DNA from: an uncultured Pseudomonadota bacterium | GTDB taxonomy: Bacteria > BMS3Abin14 | DNA: 17,685 nt | NCBI GenBank assembly: GCA_964454175.1 | Contig: CAYVSA010000004.1 | Location: 2,387-20,071 of the forward strand | Direction of reading: 5' to 3' | The notes under the pieces: model-generated | Told to the model about the DNA's origin: nothing | Seen by the model: the letters and a program-made list of their open reading frames with translations, nothing else | Database searches by the model: none | Part shown: positions 1-6,649 of the stretch, piece after piece | Numbering within the stretch: the stretch's first letter is position 1 | How the letters are laid out: each line of letters starts with the position of its first letter | Program-made: the position numbers and the translations under genes

Positions 1-923
1 GCTTCAGCCACTTCGAGGAGTTTTTCCGTTGTGGTGGTGTCCTCCGGATAGTTTGCCATTCCTATCCTGAAGCTAATGGCACCGTCCCCCGAGAGGCCTG
101 AAGCGGCCTCTCTCATCCTGGCAAGTACTCGCTCCGCCGTACGCATACCGTCAGAAATTGACATCTCCGGAAGGATCAGCGAGAACTCACCTGGGCTATA
201 TCTGCCGAGGATATCAAAGTCCCTGATACTTCCCTTTATCGCCTGGGAGATCGTGAGGATAATGTTTTCCGATGAGATCTGGCCGCATGAAGACCAGAAA
301 TCATCAAGTCCTTCAACGGAGATCATTCCGAGGCTCAGGGGGTTATGATACCTCCTTGCCCTGGAAAGCTCTCTTTTCAGGGTGTCGTGAAATGCAGTAT
401 AGTTGAGCAGGCCCGTCAGGGTATCGTGATCACTTTGTTTCTTGAGGTCGGAGGACAGTTCCAGAAACCCGAAAATAAGGTTTATGTAGTTGGTTACAGC
501 CGTGAAACGTTCGATCTCACTCGAGCTGAATGCCTTTTTTTCTCTTCTCATGGCAAGGGTAAGCAGGGTGCCTGTCCTCAGGCCGCCCCTCGCCAGAAGG
601 AAGGATCGGACCTTTTCACCGTGAAGGAAGGGATCGCACACAAAAGAACCTGTCGGGGATATGACACCGCCGCCCCTTATGGAACCCGCTTCTTCAAGGA
701 TCAGAGGGGCATCGATATTTTCGGATGTCTGCAGGAGATCCAGACCAGCCAGCAGCCCGAATTTATCCTCTCCAGGCGACAGTTTCAGGATGGCAAAGCC
801 GTCCCCGGCAACTGACTCCTTTACTGCCTCAAGGCAGGAAACAGGTGATGTCTTCCCGTCAAACAGGCTATCCGCCATCTGGTTGAGGATGATGGCAAGG
901 CTGCTTCTTTTTTTATCTCCCAT
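1..923 (-). CDS. GAF-like domain plus degenerate GGDEF domain protein (3' end beyond window edge); probable c-di-GMP receptor
   Basis: Translated by hand; not in the ORF track. ATG at 923, 2 nt after the upstream TGA, and open to position 1. Reads MGDKKRSSLAIILNQMADSLF...DPFLHGEKVRSFLL...RREKKAFSSSEIERF (GAF-like), then DHDTLTGLLNYTAFHDTLKRELSRARRYHNPLSLGMISV...IRDFDILGRYSPGEFSLILPE...ISFRIGMANYPEDTTTTEKLLEVAEA (GGDEF fold). Confidence 0.9.
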   Translation of the reverse strand, partial: MGDKKRSSLAIILNQMADSLFDGKTSPVSCLEAVKESVAGDGFAILKLSPGEDKFGLLAGLDLLQTSENIDAPLILEEAGSIRGGGVISPTGSFVCDPFLHGEKVRSFLLARGGLRTGTLLTLAMRREKKAFSSSEIERFTAVTNYINLIFGFLELSSDLKKQSDHDTLTGLLNYTAFHDTLKRELSRARRYHNPLSLGMISVEGLDDFWSSCGQISSENIILTISQAIKGSIRDFDILGRYSPGEFSLILPEMSISDGMRTAERVLARMREAASGLSGDGAISFRIGMANYPEDTTTTEKLLEVAE

Positions 924-925
924 TT

Positions 926-1771
926 TCAGTGAACCGGGTGATATCCTTCGGGAGGTTCCCCGTCGTAGGGTTTAAGGACCATGTCCACATTCAGGAGGAA
1001 CTCGCCCTCCTTTACGACGACCGAGTGGTCATCGGATCCCTCGTAGCGAGCGAAGGGCTCACCCTGTTCGGGGACTCTCATTGCGTATGTCCTTGCCGCA
1101 AGCCAGTACTGACCGCCCTCAGGCAGGTAAAGCGTGTAGTGCCCCTCATCGTCGGTAACTGTGGAGGCAAAATCCGGTAGACGATACATGTCTTCATCCT
1201 TGTAGGCCATGGCAAAAGTTCCCGGGACATGGTTTCCCTCCGCATCCAGGAGCCTTCCCCTGATACCCTGGTTTGTAACCCGGTCAGCCTGTGTCAGGCC
1301 CTGGAAGAAGAGGGGCTCTGTGAGCCTTCTCAGCTTGAAGTCGCAGGAGAGGTATTTTCCCTTCCTGATCACGACTGCCTTTCGGCCGAGGGTGTGATCA
1401 TAAAGGTCGCCGGGTCTTAGTGGACCAAAATTTGAGCCCGTCTGTCTCTTCCTGGCAACTACGTAGTAATGACCTGGCGGCAGGTCCAGCTTGTACGTAC
1501 CGTCTATTGCTGAACCGTGGCTCACCCAGTCGGTTATGCCTATTATTCCAAGGGAAGCTGCCCTTGTCTCGATCTTTCCGACGTAGGCGTAAATGTATGC
1601 CTTCTCAACGGGATCACCAGTTTTATTGAGGACCACAATACCCTTAATGCCGGATTTTTTTACCTTTTTTTTCTTCGCCGCCGCGTCTGGAGGATGGATG
1701 GCAATAAACAATCCGACAAACAGGATCAGGCCCGAAACCAGGATCGCCCTATTTGAAAAGTAGCGCTTCAT
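926..1771 (-). CDS. Exported or membrane-anchored protein with two tandem carboxypeptidase-regulatory-like (transthyretin/CnaB-type) beta-sandwich domains
   Basis: SD AGGGGGA upstream of the ATG. N-terminal hydrophobic segment ends in PDAAA. Internal duplication: GIKGIVV..GDPVEKAYIYAY..DGTYKLDLPPGHYYVVAR versus GIRGRLL..GNHVPGTFAMAY..EGHYTLYLPEGGQYWLAAR. Confidence 0.8.
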   Translation of the reverse strand: MKRYFSNRAILVSGLILFVGLFIAIHPPDAAAKKKKVKKSGIKGIVVLNKTGDPVEKAYIYAYVGKIETRAASLGIIGITDWVSHGSAIDGTYKLDLPPGHYYVVARKRQTGSNFGPLRPGDLYDHTLGRKAVVIRKGKYLSCDFKLRRLTEPLFFQGLTQADRVTNQGIRGRLLDAEGNHVPGTFAMAYKDEDMYRLPDFASTVTDDEGHYTLYLPEGGQYWLAARTYAMRVPEQGEPFARYEGSDDHSVVVKEGEFLLNVDMVLKPYDGEPPEGYHPVH

Positions 1772-1871
1772 AACCAGTATCCCCCTTTTACGATCAGATA
1801 TTGTCCTGCTTCACCGGAGCCTCACCCGGCAGGCATCTGTTTCTTATCCGGGTGCCTGAGCACCGTGCTCT

Positions 1872-2234
1872 TTATTTGAAAATCGGCAGGTTCAGGACCC
1901 ACTCGATCTCGAAAAGCTCACCGGCAGTACCCAGACCGAGGAGCAGCACGTAAAGTACCAGTATACCCAGAAGGAGGTTTTCCCTGTTCTGATAGAACCA
2001 GCCAGTCTGTTCTGGTGAAGCCCCCCGCTTTACATGTTGCTCTGACTGATCCTCAGTCCCCCCGACAAACGCCCTGGACTCGCTAACCGGTTTATCATCA
2101 ATCTCAAGAGAAGGCCTGGAAAGTTCCGACACCCCGTCCCCGACTGCCTCCTCCCCAATGGTAACCGGTGCGGCGACGGCTGCGTCTTCCATCCCGGCCC
2201 TTCTCTTTTTCCTGTCTTTTCTGCGTCTTGACAT
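1872..2234 (-). CDS. Hypothetical small membrane protein: basic N-terminus, acidic low-complexity linker, C-terminal transmembrane helix
   Basis: Fills the gap between co-directional genes. Starts MSRRRKDRKKRR and ends with the hydrophobic LLLGILVLYVLLLGLGTAGELFEIEWVLNLPIFK. SD is weak, so the start is uncertain. Confidence 0.75.
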   Translation of the reverse strand: MSRRRKDRKKRRAGMEDAAVAAPVTIGEEAVGDGVSELSRPSLEIDDKPVSESRAFVGGTEDQSEQHVKRGASPEQTGWFYQNRENLLLGILVLYVLLLGLGTAGELFEIEWVLNLPIFK

Positions 2235-2270
2235 ATCTGCAACCTGATCCGGTAATGACCCTCTCTTTTA

Positions 2271-2279
2271 ACTATATCA
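2271..2279 (-). promoter_or_regulatory. Possible extended -10 promoter element (TGaTATAGT) upstream of the 120-aa gene
   Basis: TGn-TATAGT (5/6 match to TATAAT) overlaps the stop codon of the 556-aa gene. No convincing -35 element. Confidence 0.25.
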
Positions 2280-3947
2280 TCTGCCAAGTTTTGCTTCCAG
2301 TGTGTGTAGAGCTCCCACTCCCCTTTTTGTTCCCTTTTCCCTGGCGTAAGTCCTGAGCCCGGGAACGGCCTTTACATCTCCCATCTCAGCCAGAATTCCA
2401 GCCACTTCATCCTTTAGAGCAGGCCTCTGCAGCGGAGACAGTAGAACTTCCAGAAGGGCAGTAACCGCGCCGGGACCGATCTGCCGGATGGCTCTTTTGG
2501 CATGGGGCGCAAGTTCAGGTATGAGGAGCTTGCCAACAAGTTGGGGCACTGCAGTTTCGTCCTTGTAGCTTCCAAAAAACTCAAGGGCCCTGACCTTCTC
2601 TATTCCAAATTCAAGTTCGTCAGCCCAGCTTTCAAATTCAGCGATCCTTTCCCGGGCCTCCACGGCCAGTGAGCTCCGGGGATACTGGGCCAGGAACTCC
2701 TGGAAGGCGTAAACCCTGTCAACCTTTCTGGCGTGCAGGAAAAGACGCGCTTCCTTCATCTGCGTCAGATGCACATTACCAGGGTACTCCTGGACGAAAG
2801 CCAGGAACGACTCTTCACTGCCAGCGTCACGCGCTCTTTCAAAAGCAAGCTTCTCTTCTTTTGAAAGGGCCAGCTTCACAAATCGGCTGCCAGGGAATTT
2901 TCTCCTGAAATCTGCAAAGGCTTCGACTGTTCCGCCTGAGAGCGCCCTTTCGAAACGGATCCTGTCCACTGAGTCAGCGGCATAGGCCCTGTATCTGCTG
3001 TCCGGGTACCGGTCCAGGAAGTTCTGAAGCTTTGAAACACTTCCCAGCTCGCGTGCAAGGTTAAATTCGTAGGTCTCCATCTCAATTATTGCCATCCCAT
3101 CTTGAACTTTCTTGAGATCGGCGGATGAGACGGGCTGCGTATAGGACGTATCGGCGAACACCTCGGAAACGATCACCGGCACTATCAGATCACCGTCCTC
3201 ATTGATAACCGCCCACATATCACCTGCTCTGACCCCGGCGTTCTTTCCCACATCCAGGACTACTCGGCCGGACTGGTGGCTAACGTGATGGACAACAAGG
3301 TCCGCGTGAGAAGGTGCTGTTGGGATCAGCAGGAGCGCAAGGAGCATGAGGCGCGTCCTTCTTCCGGTCCCGGTAGTGTCGCCTTTTCCGGCCACGCCCC
3401 CTGGAATAAACCTGTGGGATATCAGGGGCTGGGCCACAAGACCTATGGCAAGAGTGGCCGCAAAAGTCCACCGTCCTCCCAGAGCCCATGTACAAAGCCC
3501 GGCTCCAACAGCGGATGTGAGGACCAGGGCAAAGGAGTATTCGAACAGTATGAATAGAACACCACAGACTGCCCCTGCCAGCAGCTCCATGGGGCCTGGC
3601 ACCACCGACCCGGTCAACGCCCTGGCAACGTCACCCCCGACCCAGACAGCCGCTATCACCCGATAGAGAAAGGCACCGGTGCCCAGCCCTCCGAGGAAGG
3701 CAAGGATCTTTCTGAACCTCGTAGCAAGAAACACCCCCAGCAGGATGAAGAGCAAAAAGATAAGTGCGCCGGCCACTCCCGGGTGCCCGGACAGACCAGG
3801 CATCTTCAGCATGGGCTCCCTGGCCAAGACAGCAGCCATGATGCCTGCTGCTGCACCTATCAGATAGAAAAAGTACCTGTAGACTGCGATCCCGAAAGCA
3901 AGAAAAAATATCCCGGCCAGGACGGCGGCAGCGCCTGTCAGATCCAT
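2277..3947 (-). CDS. Hypothetical multidomain membrane protein: DUF4203/TMEM198-like multi-TM N-terminus, internal signal-like segment, small beta domain, four helical repeats, C-terminal HEAT-like repeats
   Basis: SD GGAGG upstream of ATG 3947. About 6-7 Gly/Ala-rich hydrophobic segments in aa 1-180. Four FxxxYPxS-type repeats. C-terminal AVPQLVGKL, AVTALLEVL and GDVKAVPGL HEAT-like motifs. Family names come from pattern recognition, not a search. Confidence 0.8.
   Translation of the reverse strand: MDLTGAAAVLAGIFFLAFGIAVYRYFFYLIGAAAGIMAAVLAREPMLKMPGLSGHPGVAGALIFLLFILLGVFLATRFRKILAFLGGLGTGAFLYRVIAAVWVGGDVARALTGSVVPGPMELLAGAVCGVLFILFEYSFALVLTSAVGAGLCTWALGGRWTFAATLAIGLVAQPLISHRFIPGGVAGKGDTTGTGRRTRLMLLALLLIPTAPSHADLVVHHVSHQSGRVVLDVGKNAGVRAGDMWAVINEDGDLIVPVIVSEVFADTSYTQPVSSADLKKVQDGMAIIEMETYEFNLARELGSVSKLQNFLDRYPDSRYRAYAADSVDRIRFERALSGGTVEAFADFRRKFPGSRFVKLALSKEEKLAFERARDAGSEESFLAFVQEYPGNVHLTQMKEARLFLHARKVDRVYAFQEFLAQYPRSSLAVEARERIAEFESWADELEFGIEKVRALEFFGSYKDETAVPQLVGKLLIPELAPHAKRAIRQIGPGAVTALLEVLLSPLQRPALKDEVAGILAEMGDVKAVPGLRTYAREKGTKRGVGALHTLEAKLGR
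2643..3068 (-). repeat. Four protein-level tandem repeats of about 35-37 aa inside the 556-aa CDS
   Basis: FNLARELGSVSKLQNFLDRYPDSRYRAYA / FERALSGGTVEAFADFRRKFPGSRFVKLA / FERARDAGSEESFLAFVQEYPGNVHLTQM / FLHARKVDRVYAFQEFLAQYPRSSLAVEA. Confidence 0.85.
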
Positions 3948-3953
3948 GTGAAG

Positions 3954-4397
3954 CTAAACCTCCGGATCCACGACGAAGAGGAAGCCAAGCTCAAGATGCC
4001 TGGGATCAGGCTTTCGGATGTCGGCACTGCGAAAGGCAGAAAGTTCCCGATGTGTTTCCATAGTGCCTATTGTATCTATGAGCATCCTGGAATGGACCAG
4101 GTATCGGTGCCCGTCAGCGGGGTCAGAGAACAGCTGCGGCGCATCGTAGGTCTTCAGGTTCGTGACCTTCATCCAGTAACGGACCCTGTCTGAATCAAAA
4201 TCTGGAATGTAGAGGTAAAGCCGGAAAAAGCCCTTGCTGCTTATCTGCTTTTTGAGCCTGCGGCGCACTTTCAGTACGTTGCGGTAGCTCCAGCCGAATT
4301 CCCTGGGGCCGTTTTCCACCAGGAATCGCTTCCTGGCTTCAACCCCGAGTGCCGATGCGGTTTCTATCAGTGCCAGGTGGGCGGGAGTTTCAGACAT
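3954..4397 (-). CDS. Hypothetical cytoplasmic protein, 147 aa
   Basis: Start reassigned to ATG 4397 (MSETPAHL), which overlaps the end of purF by 8 nt (ATGTCTGA). Fills the gap between purF and the next gene. Globular composition with no TM segment. Confidence 0.75.
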   Translation of the reverse strand: MSETPAHLALIETASALGVEARKRFLVENGPREFGWSYRNVLKVRRRLKKQISSKGFFRLYLYIPDFDSDRVRYWMKVTNLKTYDAPQLFSDPADGHRYLVHSRMLIDTIGTMETHRELSAFRSADIRKPDPRHLELGFLFVVDPEV

Positions 4398-5826
4398 TGG
4401 TGACACGCGACTCCCACAGGGACATCTGTGAATCATCCTCCTCCCTGGGGAACGCGACCGGGTAGTCGCCGGAAAAACAGGCATCACAGAATGTACGGGT
4501 ATCTTTCGGTCCCTTCCAGTCCAGGGCCTTGTGCAGCCCTTCCATGCTCAGGTATCCCAGGGAATCAGCAGTCGTGTAGGTACGGATCTCCTCGACCTCA
4601 TGGCTGTAGGCGATCAACTCCTTGTGGGTCGGTGTGTCGATGCCGTAAAAGCAGGGATTGACCGTCGGGGGAGAACTTATCCGTATGTGGACTTCCGCGG
4701 CACCGGCATCCCTGACCATTTTAATGATCTTTCGGCTGGTAGTTCCCCTGACTATAGAATCATCAATAAGAACAACACGTTTACCGTTGAGGGATTCGCG
4801 GCACGGATTCAGCTTCAGCTTTACCCCGAAATGCCTGATCGATTGCGAGGGTTCAATAAATGTGCGCCCGATGTAGTGGTTCCTCATGAGACCCATCTCC
4901 ATGGGCAACCCCATCTGCTCCGCGTAGCCGAAGGCTGCCGGGACACCTGAGTCGGGAACGGGCACCACGATGTCGGCATCGACAGGCGCCTCCCTGGCGA
5001 GCTGCCGCCCAAGTTCCTTCCTTGCCTTGTAGACGCTCTTCCCGTTGATCACGCTGTCCGGGCGAGCAAAGTAAATAAACTCGAATATGCATGGAGATGA
5101 TTTCATTTTAGGGAAGGGGAAAAAGGTGCTTATGCCATTGTCGTCCACAACAACAACTTCTCCAGGCTCGATATCCCTGTAAAAATCAGCTTCGATGAGA
5201 TCCAGAGCACACGTTTCAGAGCTGAAAATATAGGAATCACCGAGGCGACCCATGGAAAGTGGTCTGAACCCCCTGGGATCCCTGACGGCTATGATGCGTT
5301 TTTCCGTCAGGATCAGAAGTGAATATGCGCCTCGGATCTGATACAGACCTTCAACAACCCGCTCGACAAAGTCCGCTGCTCTGGACTTGGCTATCAGATG
5401 GATAAGGACCTCAGTGTCTGAAGAGGACTGAAATATCGCGCCGCCTTCCTCCAGATCCTTGCGCAGCTGGAGAGCGTTTACCAGATTGCCGTTGTGCGCT
5501 ACGGCAAGTCCTCCCCGCGAATAGGTCACAGCTATGGGCTGAATGTTTTCCGGAAGGCTCTGACCGGATGTAGAGTAGCGATTGTGTCCTATTGCAACAT
5601 CCCCGGGGAGCCTGGATAGTACGTCTTCAGTAAAAATGTCATTGACCAGACCCATCTCACCATAGCGGAAGATGCGTTGTCTGTCAGAACTGGCAATACC
5701 CGCACACTCCTGCCCTCTGTGCTGAAGTGCGTATAGACCAAGGTACGTGAGGTTTGAAGCCTCGGGATGGCCGAACACTCCGAAAACGCCGCACTCTTCC
5801 CTGAACTTGTCTGGTTCCAGCAGCAT
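4390..5826 (-). CDS. purF: Amidophosphoribosyltransferase (propeptide and Fe-S type)
   Basis: SD GAGGA, then MLLEPDKFREE-CGVFG (catalytic Cys after the propeptide), LQHRGQE, GHNRYST, AHNGNL, PRPP loop VLIDDSIVRGTTS, and PCFYGID. Confidence 0.98.
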   Translation of the reverse strand: MLLEPDKFREECGVFGVFGHPEASNLTYLGLYALQHRGQECAGIASSDRQRIFRYGEMGLVNDIFTEDVLSRLPGDVAIGHNRYSTSGQSLPENIQPIAVTYSRGGLAVAHNGNLVNALQLRKDLEEGGAIFQSSSDTEVLIHLIAKSRAADFVERVVEGLYQIRGAYSLLILTEKRIIAVRDPRGFRPLSMGRLGDSYIFSSETCALDLIEADFYRDIEPGEVVVVDDNGISTFFPFPKMKSSPCIFEFIYFARPDSVINGKSVYKARKELGRQLAREAPVDADIVVPVPDSGVPAAFGYAEQMGLPMEMGLMRNHYIGRTFIEPSQSIRHFGVKLKLNPCRESLNGKRVVLIDDSIVRGTTSRKIIKMVRDAGAAEVHIRISSPPTVNPCFYGIDTPTHKELIAYSHEVEEIRTYTTADSLGYLSMEGLHKALDWKGPKDTRTFCDACFSGDYPVAFPREEDDSQMSLWESRVTNV

Positions 5827-5845
5827 CGTTTTTTCCTCGAGTAGG

Positions 5846-6649
5846 TTACACGACATATTGATATGCATTGCGGAAAAAGGCAACTCCCGCACCTTCCTCC
5901 GGCAGATCTTCCCTGGTCCACCGCGGATGATTGACTCTGTGCAGAAATGCCTCCGGATGGGGCATCATGCCAAAAAGCAGGCCTGACGGGGAACATATCC
6001 CGGCAACTGCATCCTCAGAGCCGTTCGGGTTGGCGGGATATTCCATGGTCGGCCGGCCGTCCTCACCAGCGTACCTCATCGTCATGAGATTTCGGCTGGC
6101 CATCTTTTCCATTACTCCGGCATCGGCGACAAATTTGCCTTCACCATGTCTCACCGGAAGGGAAACGGTGGCTATACCCCTGGTGAATATGCACGGTGAG
6201 TCGGGGTCTGTGACAAGGTCTACCCACCTGTCTTCAAACCGTCCGCTGTCATTGAAGGTGAGCGTGGCCGTCTGTATCCCGGATGGGTCAAGTGCGGGGA
6301 GCAGGCCCATTTTTACCATGAGTTGAAACCCGTTGCAGACTCCCAGAATAGGCCTTCCACGGGAGATGAAGCGATCCAGCTGCTCAGCCAGTCGCTCCCC
6401 ATCGCCTGAAACCCTGGCATATTTGAGGCGATTGGCCTGCACCATTGCTGAGCCAAGATCATCACCGTCCAGAAATCCCCCGGTCAGGTTTAAAAAGTTG
6501 TAGTCATCAAGAGAAACTTCTCCTGACAGAAGCTCACTTATGTGGGCAATTTTTTCCTGGAACCCCGCCAGACGGCAGGCATAAGCCGCCTCCCGTTCGC
6601 AGTTAGTGCCGTTTCCTGTGATCACCAGAGCCGTTGGGCGGGAGGCCAT
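5846..6649 (-). CDS. purQ: Phosphoribosylformylglycinamidine synthase glutaminase subunit
   Basis: GTNCERE, GGFLDGDDLG, catalytic GVCNGFQ, RHGEGK, NPNGS and MMPHPE. ATG 6649 overlaps the purL stop (TGATG) and has SD GGAGG. Confidence 0.97.
   Translation of the reverse strand: MASRPTALVITGNGTNCEREAAYACRLAGFQEKIAHISELLSGEVSLDDYNFLNLTGGFLDGDDLGSAMVQANRLKYARVSGDGERLAEQLDRFISRGRPILGVCNGFQLMVKMGLLPALDPSGIQTATLTFNDSGRFEDRWVDLVTDPDSPCIFTRGIATVSLPVRHGEGKFVADAGVMEKMASRNLMTMRYAGEDGRPTMEYPANPNGSEDAVAGICSPSGLLFGMMPHPEAFLHRVNHPRWTREDLPEEGAGVAFFRNAYQYVV

Noticed and set aside
76..975. Plus-strand ORFs 76-348, 345-815 and 661-975
   Set aside because: They are antisense shadows of the minus-strand GAF-GGDEF CDS, which has clear family motifs; the plus-strand translations have none.
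1772..1871. c-di-GMP riboswitch or intrinsic terminator call for this spacer
   Set aside because: I could not find the GEMM or c-di-GMP-II consensus elements by eye, and no U-tract follows the stems. It is kept only as an unexplained structure.
2030..2287. Alternative minus-strand 85-aa ORF overlapping the 120-aa gene
   Set aside because: TTG start inside the upstream gene and no protein-like features; the 120-aa frame has a convincing TM C-terminus.
3945..3965. In-frame TAG-CTT-CAC-ATG junction between the 147-aa and 556-aa genes, suggesting amber (pyrrolysine) read-through
   Set aside because: The downstream ATG has its own GGAGG SD, in-frame junctions arise by chance one time in three, and no pyl genes are present in the window.
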